From an uncultured delta proteobacterium (GTDB taxonomy: Bacteria > Myxococcota_A > Polyangia > Fen-1088): DNA of 64,000 nucleotides. The stretch's first letter is position 1. The number at the start of each line of letters is the position of its first letter. The notes beneath the pieces are model-generated. The model saw only the letters and a program-made list of their open reading frames with translations, made no database searches and had not been told where the DNA came from. Shown here piece after piece: positions 21,401-31,521 of this stretch. Made by a program: the position numbers and the translations under genes. Where the stretch lies: positions 361,513-425,512 of the forward strand of contig CAWCMR010000005.1 of NCBI GenBank assembly GCA_963796685.1. Reading direction: 5' to 3'.

Positions 21401-24400
21401 CGTCGTCCCCGGACGACGGCCCCATTGAAGCCTGGGCCGGCTCGACCGACCAGGGCGTCGGTGTGCCCGCTATCCGTCGTCCCCGGACGACGGCCCCATT
21501 GAAGCGAGCGTCACCGAGTCGTAGGCGGCGGCGAGAGTGATCTATCCGTCGTCCCCGGACGACGGCCCCATTGAAGCGCCAGGTGGCGCGCTCCCAGGTG
21601 GGCGTTCGTCGCAGCTATCCGTCGTCCCCGGACGACGGCCCCATTGAAGCAGCGTGGGCGTGTAGCTCGAGGATGCGGAGAAATCCACTATCCGTCGTCC
21701 CCGGACGACGGCCCCATTGAAGCGCGGTCATCTATGCCCACAAGTACGGGATGATGTTCCTCTATCCGTCGTCCCCGGACGACGGCCCCATTGAAGCAAC
21801 AATGACGAACACATTCGCCCCCGCACGTGTTCCTATCCGTCGTCCCCGGACGACGGCCCCATTGAAGCCTTTCTGTGGTGAGAGTTAGCGTCGGGGTAAC
21901 TTCCCTATCCGTCGTCCCCGGACGACGGCCCCATTGAAGCCATGGAGTACCTGACAACATGACCAAGATCGAAGACTATCCGTCGTCCCCGGACGACGGC
22001 CCCATTGAAGCAGGACTCTGTGAACGTCAACGCGGCCACGTCGACTACTATCCGTCGTCCCCGGACGACGGCCCCATTGAAGCATCAAGGCGTTGCAAGT
22101 CAAGCCGGTGTCACAATAATGACTATCCGTCGTCCCCGGACGACGGCCCCATTGAAGCCTATGGTGCCTGTTACGACAAAGGCGGAGCCTATTGGCTATC
22201 CGTCGTCCCCGGACGACGGCCCCATTGAAGCCTCGATCGTGGCGCTCACCGGCGCTAGCCCGCCACCTATCCGTCGTCCCCGGACGACGGCCCCATTGAA
22301 GCTCGGGTGAAGCAAGGGTTTCCGGCACGCGCCACGGAACTATCCGTCGTCCCCGGACGACGGCCCCATTGAAGCCAGCCTTTGCAATACGGCTATACGC
22401 TCAACGATCACCTATCCGTCGTCCCCGGACGACGGCCCCATTGAAGCATCGATTGCCTACCTCAGAAGGGATGGCCCGGGGACGCTATCCGTCGTCCCCG
22501 GACGACGGCCCCATTGAAGCGGGGGATCTTTCAAAGGCTTCACCGGGGGCTGTATCTGGCTATCCGTCGTCCCCGGACGACGGCCCCATTGAAGCATCGG
22601 CATTGGAACATCCCAACGGCGCGGATCCGGGTCTATCCGTCGTCCCCGGACGACGGCCCCATTGAAGCGCAAAGCCCGCGACGATGATGAGGCGCGGTTC
22701 AACCCTATCCGTCGTCCCCGGACGACGGCCCCATTGAAGCGTAGAGGGGCGGGAAGGCTTTGGTCATGTTCTCACCTATCCGTCGTCCCCGGACGACGGC
22801 CCCATTGAAGCGGTACATGCGGGGAAGTGCGTCCCTCACCACATATTGACTATCCGTCGTCCCCGGACGACGGCCCCATTGAAGCCCGAGCGAGCTGCTG
22901 CAGGCCGTTGCTGTTGTTCACTATCCGTCGTCCCCGGACGACGGCCCCATTGAAGCGCTTGGGGTGGTGCCGTTTGGTCGGCAAGCACGCCTGCTATCCG
23001 TCGTCCCCGGACGACGGCCCCATTGAAGCCATTTCACGAACAGGTCGTACGACACGCCGTCAAGCCTATCCGTCGTCCCCGGACGACGGCCCCATTGAAG
23101 CTTCTGACGGCGGTGGCGGCGGTGGCGGCGTAGGCGGCGGCTATCCGTCGTCCCCGGACGACGGCCCCATTGAAGCACAATGACGCTCGGTATCACGACA
23201 TGCGCCGAAGCCACCTATCCGTCGTCCCCGGACGACGGCCCCATTGAAGCTTGATGGCATCCGCGCGCATCTTCGCATCCGTCGCACTGCTATCCGTCGT
23301 CCCCGGACGACGGCCCCATTGAAGCTTGCGCTACGTTGCGCCCGTTTGACCACACCGTGCTTGGCTATCCGTCGTCCCCGGACGACGGCCCCATTGAAGC
23401 ATCCTACCAAAAGCGAGCGCTACCTGAAATCAGCGACAGCTATCCGTCGTCCCCGGACGACGGCCCCATTGAAGCCAATGGCCGTTTGGAGGCCTCTGTG
23501 CAATCGGCTTGGCTCTATCCGTCGTCCCCGGACGACGGCCCCATTGAAGCGTCTGTAGCTCTATGCTACATGTCTTGAGGGTCGTACCTATCCGTCGTCC
23601 CCGGACGACGGCCCCATTGAAGCTATTCGTGGTTACCGACCACGCGCGGATTCATTGTCAACTATCCGTCGTCCCCGGACGACGGCCCCATTGAAGCCTT
23701 ACGACATGCGCCTTTCCTGGCCGCGTAGCCACCTATCCGTCGTCCCCGGACGACGGCCCCATTGAAGCCATCAACCCGCTGCTGAGCTAGCAGGAGGAGT
23801 CCCATGCTATCCGTCGTCCCCGGACGACGGCCCCATTGAAGCCGCGCCTGCGAATGCGGCTCGCCGGATTTCTTCCCCTATCCGTCGTCCCCGGACGACG
23901 GCCCCATTGAAGCACAGAACTCGAACGAGAAGTCGGAACCGAAGAAGCCAGCTATCCGTCGTCCCCGGACGACGGCCCCATTGAAGCTCCGACCTGGCGG
24001 AACGACAAGCGGGGCAGGGGTAAACTATCCGTCGTCCCCGGACGACGGCCCCATTGAAGCCCTCGGCTATCGCAGAGCTGCTACATCCATCGACCCCCTA
24101 TCCGTCGTCCCCGGACGACGGCCCCATTGAAGCACCGTGGCCTGGACCCGCCTCGCCGCCACTGCGGACCTATCCGTCGTCCCCGGACGACGGCCCCATT
24201 GAAGCCGCGAGGCGGGTGCGCGGCTCGAAGCCTACGCGCGACTATCCGTCGTCCCCGGACGACGGCCCCATTGAAGCCGAAGTTTCCACGTCAGGATACC
24301 GGCGGGTTTCATCCTATCCGTCGTCCCCGGACGACGGCCCCATTGAAGCGTTGAGATCGCGCTTCGATAGCGGATGGCCACGATGAGCTATCCGTCGTCC

Positions 24401-25582
24401 CCGGACGACGGCCCCATTGAAGCTCTCTACATCATGGGCGGAGCGGCGCTCTTGGTTGTGCTATCCGTCGTCCCCGGACGACGGCCCCATTGAAGCACGC
24501 TCACGCTGACGGCGTCCAGACTGCGAGGGAGTGAACTATCCGTCGTCCCCGGACGACGGCCCCATTGAAGCTCGCCGACAACGACAACTCCGGAGGTGCA
24601 GCATGAGCTATCCGTCGTCCCCGGACGACGGCCCCATTGAAGCTGAGGGGCAGGAGGGCGTGGGGAGGCCGAAAGGCGCCTATCCGTCGTCCCCGGACGA
24701 CGGCCCCATTGAAGCGTGGGGTGCCGGGAGCCTTCGACCGTGCAGTCAGGGGCTATCCGTCGTCCCCGGACGACGGCCCCATTGAAGCGCCTTGAGGAGC
24801 TTCTTCAGCCGGTCGAGCCCGCCGCCTATCCGTCGTCCCCGGACGACGGCCCCATTGAAGCATGGTGATGTGGTCGAATTTGCGAGCCCGAGAAACAGCC
24901 TATCCGTCGTCCCCGGACGACGGCCCCATTGAAGCGATGGAATGGCGAGCTCGATTTCAGAGCGCTGGAGCACTATCCGTCGTCCCCGGACGACGGCCCC
25001 ATTGAAGCTTCGAAGCCCCACGGGGGCGTCACAGCGTGAAGCCAGCTATCCGTCGTCCCCGGACGACGGCCCCATTGAAGCAGCTCTGCTTCAGCGAAAG
25101 CTTGGTCGGCCAAACCACCTATCCGTCGTCCCCGGACGACGGCCCCATTGAAGCGAGTACGAGTCCCGCGGCCTCGGCCAGGGTCGCCAGCCTATCCGTC
25201 GTCCCCGGACGACGGCCCCATTGAAGCGGTTGCGGGCGCGGCCTGGTATCTGACCAACGCAGCTATCCGTCGTCCCCGGACGACGGCCCCATTGAAGCAC
25301 CCCAGGTCAGGCCCTATAGTACCCGTATAGTACCTATCCGTCGTCCCCGGACGACGGCCCCATTGAAGCGTGTTCACCCAGGCAAGGCGAGCCGTGCGCC
25401 CAATCTATCCGTCGTCCCCGGACGACGGCCCCATTGAAACCGAGGAAGCGTTCAGGCTCGCACTGACTCCGGAGCTATCCGTCGTCCCCGGACGACGGCC
25501 CCATTGAAGCGACATGACTGCGCGCTTTCTCCTCGGGCCGGCCAGGCTATCCGTCGTCCCCGGACGACGGCCCCATTGAAGC
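18494..25582 (+). CRISPR. CRISPR array, 36-bp repeat CTATCCGTCGTCCCCGGACGACGGCCCCATTGAAGC, 98 repeats and 97 spacers of about 34-40 bp (manual count)
   Basis: Regularly spaced identical repeats with an internal hairpin and 3' ATTGAAGC; repeat 96 (25405) ends GAAAC. Confidence 0.99.
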
Positions 25583-25688
25583 CCAACGCCGCGGAGGTAT
25601 CGAAACTTCACATAACTTTACGCGCCAGCAACACGTGCGCAGCAATCCCCCATCATCTTGAAAGCTTCACCCCGCCGAGGAGAGCTTC

Positions 25689-26033
25689 ATGCAAACTGTC
25701 GAAGGCACGTCGCGCACATGGCTTGGCCCGCTTGCGAGTCTCGTTTTTGCGGTCATCGGAGTAACGGGCGTTCTGATGTTCTTCCACGTGCGGTTCCCGG
25801 GCATGGCCATCCTTCATGAGCTGGGAGGGATGTTGTTCGTGGTCGTGGCGGTGTGGCACCTGAAGCTCAACTGGAAGACGCTCTGCCGTTACTGCTGTCA
25901 TCGCAAGGGCCTTGCCGGGCTGCTCGTGGGTGCGCTGCTGATGACGCTGTTTGCGGGCCTTGGGCTGGGGCACGACAACAGGCACCGCGAGCGCCACGGC
26001 GGACCGACTTGCCAAGAGGCTCGGACGCGCTGA
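25689..26033 (+). CDS. Small membrane protein, DUF4405-like
   Basis: Three hydrophobic segments; GVTGVLMFF, LHELGG, WHLKLNWK. Confidence 0.7.
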   Translation: MQTVEGTSRTWLGPLASLVFAVIGVTGVLMFFHVRFPGMAILHELGGMLFVVVAVWHLKLNWKTLCRYCCHRKGLAGLLVGALLMTLFAGLGLGHDNRHRERHGGPTCQEARTR

Positions 26034-26144
26034 GCGCGCGCCTTCATCGGGACTGCGTGCGACTGGTACGTGGCGCAGAGGTCGTCGATCGGATACTGCA
26101 AGAGATGTAGACATCGCTATTACAAGTGGAGGAGACTGTTCGCC

Positions 26145-27035
26145 ATGTCCGAGCCCACCTCAGTCAGTCCCATCACCGGCGTCGCCGCGGGAGTTCCCTT
26201 TCTCGCTTTACCGCCTTCAGTCGGTGCCGGCATGCCCGAAGGCAGCCAGCATGCCGTGCCCATCATCGTGGCCTGGCACCTCATGGATCCACCTCGCAGC
26301 GAATCCGCCTTCGCCGCGGCCTTGCCGTTGAACGGTTTGAATGCGTGGCGACTGTACCTGGGGCTGCCCATGTGCGGCGCTCGCCTTCCCCCGGGCGGAC
26401 CCGAGGCGCTGATGCGGCTCTTCTATCAGGACGCCGTGCTCAAAGGATACCAGCCCATCGCGAATCAGGGCGCCGCGGAGCTCCCCGCCGTGCTCAGGGA
26501 GGCTCGAGAGCGGTTGGGACTGGAGGACGGCCCTGTCGCGCTTGTTGGCGGCTCGATGGGCTCGATCATCGCGGAGCTCGTGCTGACCGAGTCTGCTCCG
26601 GCCGCCGGCATCGAGGTGGCGGCGGCGGTGCTGATCAGCCCGGTTGCACAGCTCCGCCCGATGGTTGAGGCCATTGGTCGCCGTTACAACGTCACCTACC
26701 CGTGGTCCCCTGAAGCCATGCGCGTCGCCGAGCGGTTGGACTTCGTGGCACGCGTGGACGACATCGTGCGTGCCGGACAACCGGCCATTCGGCTAATCGT
26801 CGGGGCCGAAGACGACCGCGAGGGATTCATCGAGCCCGCACTGCGGTTGCAGTCCGCGCTGACCAGGCGCTACAGCGATCGATCGCGAGTCGATCTGGTC
26901 ATCATTCCGGGAATGGGGCACGCCTTGGCGGAAGAGCCGGGCATTGCGCCGGCACCGCAAACCGCGCATGCCGCCGTCGCGGACCAGCACACCATGGCGT
27001 GGTTTCTCGCGCACCTGCCAGGCTGCAAGCCATGA
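26145..27035 (+). CDS. Alpha/beta hydrolase
   Basis: GGSMG nucleophile elbow, GAEDD, GMGHAL; GGAGGAG RBS. Confidence 0.8.
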   Translation: MSEPTSVSPITGVAAGVPFLALPPSVGAGMPEGSQHAVPIIVAWHLMDPPRSESAFAAALPLNGLNAWRLYLGLPMCGARLPPGGPEALMRLFYQDAVLKGYQPIANQGAAELPAVLREARERLGLEDGPVALVGGSMGSIIAELVLTESAPAAGIEVAAAVLISPVAQLRPMVEAIGRRYNVTYPWSPEAMRVAERLDFVARVDDIVRAGQPAIRLIVGAEDDREGFIEPALRLQSALTRRYSDRSRVDLVIIPGMGHALAEEPGIAPAPQTAHAAVADQHTMAWFLAHLPGCKP

Positions 27036-27059
27036 GGCGTGGAGCGAGGAACGCTCCCG

Positions 27060-28130
27060 TTACACAGGAGCGGGCCTTTTCGACGTGACCGCCAGAAGGC
27101 AATGGGCGTTGTGGTGAAAGGTGCCGGTGGTGGCCCAGCATAGGCTTTGACAGCCGCCCCGACAGATTGGGCCGAAGGCGCAGTCGCGACAGCCGGGACC
27201 GAGGGCGGCGGGCGAGAAGGCGCGATTGTAGGCGAACGCGTGCGGATCGTCCCACAGCTCGGCGAGGCAGCGGGTTCTGAGGTTGCCCTCGTCGGCGGCG
27301 CCGGCGGGCAGCGAGAGACAGCCGCGCACGGTCCCGTCGCTGGTGATGCCGACGACCTGGATGCCGGCTGCGCAGCCGGTCCAGCAACGCTCTATCAGGG
27401 CCCGGCCGGTGCGCAGGCGAGGCTCGTGGCGGCTCATATACCCGATGTTGTCTGCTGCTTGCACGAAGAAGGGCGCCCGGGCTTGCAGGGCCAGCAGTTG
27501 GCTTTCGAGCTCCGGCAAAGCGCTCGGCGGCAGGCAGAAGGAGCCGCCGTGGCTGCCGGAGTCGCCGCGGCGGGCACGCCCGTGGGGCATGGTGAGCTGG
27601 AGTTGCCAGCCGGAGAAGCCATGGGCGATCAGGAGGTCGAGCGTATCGTCCAACCGGTGCAAGTTGGCGCTGTTGACTTGCGTGACGGCGCCGATACGCA
27701 TCCCGCGTTCGCGCAGGGCCTGGGCGCCCTTCAGGGTCCGCGCCAAGCCGTCCGATACGCCACGCAGACCGTCGTGCACGGCGGGCGGCCCGTCGATGGA
27801 GAAGGTCACGGCCGAGAACCCGCAAGCAATGAGCGTGTCGGCCTGGGCCGCCACGGACAGACCGTTGGTGATGAGCTCGAGCTGCATGCCGGCCTCGCGA
27901 ACGGCCCGCGCCAGGGTGGGCCAGTCGGGTCGCAACAGGGGCTCGCCGCCGGAGAAGGTCACGGATTGACAGCCGAGGCCCGCCAGCTCGCCGATCAGGG
28001 CCAGCCCCTCGGCCGTGTCGAGCTCGCGGGCCCGGGCTTTGCCGGCATCCGATCCGCAGTGCACGCAACGGGCGTCGCAGGCAAGGGTCAGCTCCCACAC
28101 GCAGATCCTGAGTGGCCAGTGGTCCATCAC
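27060..28130 (-). CDS. Radical SAM/SPASM enzyme 2
   Basis: WELTLACDARCVHC, SGGEP, ADNIGY, GCAAG...DGTVRGCLSL, CRDC...CRGGC...C. Confidence 0.92.
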   Translation of the reverse strand: MMDHWPLRICVWELTLACDARCVHCGSDAGKARARELDTAEGLALIGELAGLGCQSVTFSGGEPLLRPDWPTLARAVREAGMQLELITNGLSVAAQADTLIACGFSAVTFSIDGPPAVHDGLRGVSDGLARTLKGAQALRERGMRIGAVTQVNSANLHRLDDTLDLLIAHGFSGWQLQLTMPHGRARRGDSGSHGGSFCLPPSALPELESQLLALQARAPFFVQAADNIGYMSRHEPRLRTGRALIERCWTGCAAGIQVVGITSDGTVRGCLSLPAGAADEGNLRTRCLAELWDDPHAFAYNRAFSPAALGPGCRDCAFGPICRGGCQSLCWATTGTFHHNAHCLLAVTSKRPAPV

Positions 28131-29254
28131 GTACCGGTGGGTGGCGAGGTCGGGGCCCGGGCCGACGCGGAATTCCCGGCGCGCTGAATGCAGTAGGGAT
28201 TGTCGTAGATGGTTCCCGTCACCGCATAGGCCATGGTGGTGCAACCGGCACGACAAAGGCGCCTGTAGGGACAAGTCTTGCAGAAGCCTTCGAGCAGCCG
28301 TTCGTCCCAGCGGGTGTTGTAGGCGAAGCGCTCGGCCTCGCGCCAGATGGTGCCAAGCGGGGTCTGGCGAATGTTGCCCACGACGAACTCGCGCGGGTGC
28401 GACGGGCAACCCTTCACGTCGCCGTTCGAGCAAAAGGCGATCACCTGGCAGCCCGCCATACACCCCGCCCAGAACGACTCGACGCCCATCACCGACCCGC
28501 GCAGCGCCGGCTCGTGTCGACCGTAGTAGCCGATGTTGTCTGCCACCGCGATGCGCATGCGTCCGTCGCGGACCAGGCTTGCGAGCAGATCTTGCAAGCC
28601 CGAGATGCGCTCGGGCTCGACCAGGTATTGGTCGCGGTAGCTCAGCAAGCGCCCGAGCGGCATGCACAGTTGCACCTGCCACAGGTCCACGCCAAGCCCC
28701 ACCAGTTGCTCGTACATGCGACCGAGGTCGTCGATATTGCCCCGATGCACCTGCGTGATGACGGCCGTCTTCAGGGGCGATGCGGCCACCCGCCGGATCG
28801 CCGCCAGGACAGCGTCGTAGCTCGATGCCGACCCGTGCGCCGGCACCCGGATGCGATCGTGGACGCTGCGCTCGCCGTCCAGCGACAGCGAGACGCCCTT
28901 CATCCCGAGCCGCACCATCCGATCGATCACACTCGAGCTCAGGCGAAGGCCATTCGTGATGAGACCAACGTTCATCCCCAGCCCGATGAGCCGTTCGGCA
29001 AGGGTGGCCCAGTCCGAGCGGACCAGGGGCTCTCCCCCGGTCAGGAGCACTTCGAGGCAGCCGATCTCGGCCAGCTGCACCGCCAGGTCGAGCGCCTCCG
29101 AGGTGGTGAGCTCGTCGGCCGCGGCATGCCCCGAGGCCGACTCACAATGAATGCAGCGCAGATTGCAGGCCTCGGTGATCTCCCAGAAGCAGCTACGTGG
29201 AACACGCGGGAGCAGGGTTGGCGTGGCCTCGCCAGGCTCGCGGTGTGGATCCAT
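28127..29254 (-). CDS. Radical SAM/SPASM enzyme 1
   Basis: WEITEACNLRCIHC, TGGEP, ADNIGYYG, GCMAG...NGDVKGCPS, CKTC...CRAGC...NPYC. Confidence 0.93.
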   Translation of the reverse strand: MDPHREPGEATPTLLPRVPRSCFWEITEACNLRCIHCESASGHAAADELTTSEALDLAVQLAEIGCLEVLLTGGEPLVRSDWATLAERLIGLGMNVGLITNGLRLSSSVIDRMVRLGMKGVSLSLDGERSVHDRIRVPAHGSASSYDAVLAAIRRVAASPLKTAVITQVHRGNIDDLGRMYEQLVGLGVDLWQVQLCMPLGRLLSYRDQYLVEPERISGLQDLLASLVRDGRMRIAVADNIGYYGRHEPALRGSVMGVESFWAGCMAGCQVIAFCSNGDVKGCPSHPREFVVGNIRQTPLGTIWREAERFAYNTRWDERLLEGFCKTCPYRRLCRAGCTTMAYAVTGTIYDNPYCIQRAGNSASARAPTSPPTGT

Positions 29255-29268
29255 GGTTGGCGCGCCTG

Positions 29269-30351
29269 CTAGTCGGGAAACGAGACGCCCTTGTACACCG
29301 GGACGGCGCAGAGCATGTAGCCTGGGCCGTTCTTTACATACTGGAGATCGGTGGAGGTCGGGGCTGCGTTGAGCCCGTTGCGCGTCGTGATGCCGTTCGG
29401 CTGACAACACGAGGTCAGGTTCAGGAGCATCTGCGAGATCTCTTCCGGCGTCCCCGTGGCAAAGAGCTGCGTGAGGCTGGTCGTCCAATCCGTGGTCAGC
29501 GCGGCGAAGCACTGACACAGCCGGCTCTTCTGATCCGTCGAGAGGCTCGACTCGCCGATGGCTTGGTCGAGCTCGGTGGTCACGCTCTGGGTGCAGGCCG
29601 GCGCTGCGTCGGTGGAGGGCGAGCCGTCTGTGACGAGATCGACGCTCCCCATCGCGTCCACGGCCGTGTCGCGCGATTCGGGGGCATCCATGCCGCCATC
29701 CGCGCCGCCCATCCCTCCGGTGCCGCCCACGCCGCCCATCCCTCCGGCCCCCGCCACGCCGCCCATCCCTCCGGCCCCCGCCACGCCGCCCATCCCTCCG
29801 GTGCCGCCCGCGCCGCCCTTGCCTGTCGTACTACCACCGGCACCCGCGGCGCCGCCCGAGCCGCCCACCGTCGCATCGACAGCGACCGTTCCACCCGCGC
29901 CGCTCCCGCCGGTTCCCGTCGTGCCGCTGTGGTTCGAGTTGTCGCCGCACCCCGCGGCTGCCAGTCCGAGCAGCAAGAAGCCCCCCAGCACGGCCCCGGA
30001 CAGTTTGCGCGTGAAATCCCGTCGAGCCGGCCCGGCGCTGCTCCCCCCGACAAGCAGAGCATCCCGCAGCTCGTCCACCAGCTCGTCGGCCTTCCACGAG
30101 CTGAGCAGCTCGGCCTGGGCCGTCACCGGTCGGAGTGGTCGCTGCGAATCGACGGCGCTTGCGACGACATCGCGGAGCAGTCCCTTGAGGGGCTGCCAAA
30201 ATTCAGGATCGTTCCGTCGCCGTCGCAGCAGAGCGTAGAATTCGTCGTACGTCTCTTCCAACCCCGACCAAGGACGGAGGGCTGCGCCCTGGCCAGCCAG
30301 GAAGGTACGAACCCGCTGGGTGATGGTGGGGACTATGACAGGCGTATTCAT
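29269..30351 (-). CDS. Putative rSAM substrate: N-terminal domain, internal RR/lipobox signal, Gly-rich repeats, Cys-containing C-terminal domain
   Basis: RRDFTRKLSGAVLGGFLLLGLAAAGC; GAGGMGGV repeats; ends CAVPVYKGVSFPD 14 bp before rSAM 1; start may be 30369. Confidence 0.8.
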   Translation of the reverse strand: MNTPVIVPTITQRVRTFLAGQGAALRPWSGLEETYDEFYALLRRRRNDPEFWQPLKGLLRDVVASAVDSQRPLRPVTAQAELLSSWKADELVDELRDALLVGGSSAGPARRDFTRKLSGAVLGGFLLLGLAAAGCGDNSNHSGTTGTGGSGAGGTVAVDATVGGSGGAAGAGGSTTGKGGAGGTGGMGGVAGAGGMGGVAGAGGMGGVGGTGGMGGADGGMDAPESRDTAVDAMGSVDLVTDGSPSTDAAPACTQSVTTELDQAIGESSLSTDQKSRLCQCFAALTTDWTTSLTQLFATGTPEEISQMLLNLTSCCQPNGITTRNGLNAAPTSTDLQYVKNGPGYMLCAVPVYKGVSFPD

Positions 30352-30574
30352 GTCCACCAGCGTACGCATGGCGCGCTGCCGAGTCTACCAGCCTGTGCAA
30401 GGCACTGCCTGGCCGCTGTGATCCCAGCCACGACCCTGGTTGGCCAACGACAGCCGAGAGTCGCAACAATTCGCCGACCCCGACGTCGACCTCGATATCG
30501 CCCACCGCGATTGTCTTGGACTTACCCAGGAAAGGGGGCAGCCTTCTCCTATCAAATTGCAGGAGGCAATCACC

Positions 30575-30706
30575 ATGGGCGACAAATCACCGAAAGCGAA
30601 GAACAAGGCCAGGAAGCAAGACACTGCGGACAAGAATCAAAAGGCGTCGGCTGCTGCGGCGAAGATGTCGCCGTCACCGGTGTTTCCCGGAAAGAAGGCC
30701 CGGTAG
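30575..30706 (+). CDS. Small Lys/Ala-rich protein (43 aa)
   Basis: AGGAGG RBS; MGDKSPKAKNKARKQ... Confidence 0.6.
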   Translation: MGDKSPKAKNKARKQDTADKNQKASAAAAKMSPSPVFPGKKAR

Positions 30707-30787
30707 ACTCGGGTTTGGTGCTGCGCCCAAGCGACGGTGGTGTTAGGCTCTGCCGGCCGGAGAAACCACCTGGTCCAGAGTCGCACG

Positions 30788-31450
30788 GTGCATGACATCA
30801 TCTCCTTTGCCCTCGTCGCGTTCCCGTCGCTGGTCGTAATCGTCAACCCGGTGACGGTCACGTCGGTTTTCATCACCCTCACGGCCAACGCCACGCCGGA
30901 GGCGAAGCGAGCGATCATTCGGAAGACCACGCTTACCGCGTTCGTCGTCCTCATGGTCTTTGCCGTCTCCGGAACCCTCATCTTCAAGTTCTTCTCGATT
31001 ACCATCGGCGCCTTCCAAGTTGCCGGAGGCATCATCCTCTTCTCCGTCGCCATGGGAATGCTTCACGCGAGGACCTCGCGGACGAAGCAGACACCGGAGG
31101 AGATGGACGAAGCGATGACCCGTGATGACATCGCCGTCGTTCCGCTGGCGATCCCGATCGTCTCCGGTCCGGGTGCCATCACCACGGTCATTGTCCTTTC
31201 CGGCGAGACCCGCGCCATTCCCAACATGGCGATCCTCTTTCTCGCCATCGTCGTTGTCATGGCCATTGTCTTCGTGATGTTGCGGAACGCGGCCAGAATC
31301 CAGAGGTTCATGGGCCCTTCCGGCCTCAACATCACGACACGGCTGATGGGCCTGGTTCTCGCCGCCGTCGCCGTTCAGTTCGTCGTCCACGGCATCGAAA
31401 GCGTCCTGCCGGAGATCGTGTCGGCGATCCACACCGGACCGAAACCGTAG
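30788..31450 (+). CDS. marC: MarC family membrane protein
   Basis: IVNP, FQVAGGIILF, IAVVPLAIPIVSGPGAITTV, TRLMGLVLAAVAVQF. Confidence 0.92.
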   Translation: MHDIISFALVAFPSLVVIVNPVTVTSVFITLTANATPEAKRAIIRKTTLTAFVVLMVFAVSGTLIFKFFSITIGAFQVAGGIILFSVAMGMLHARTSRTKQTPEEMDEAMTRDDIAVVPLAIPIVSGPGAITTVIVLSGETRAIPNMAILFLAIVVVMAIVFVMLRNAARIQRFMGPSGLNITTRLMGLVLAAVAVQFVVHGIESVLPEIVSAIHTGPKP

Positions 31451-31521
31451 CGGTCGCGCCTGGATTGCACCCCATGCGGGGTTCAAGTAGTGTGCGGTGA
31501 GCTGCGAAAGGAGAGGGATTT

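Noticed and set aside
18530-25546. Self-targeting spacers
   Set aside because: No convincing match to the window found by eye; needs BLAST, so not excluded.
25620-25665. Possible degenerate terminal repeat (CCCCATCATCTTGAAAGC) about one spacer length after the last repeat
   Set aside because: Only weak 3' resemblance and no hairpin; cannot be supported.
18494-25764. Many short ORFs with YPSSPDDGPIEA / IRRPRTTAPLK repeats
   Set aside because: Translations of the CRISPR repeat, not genes.
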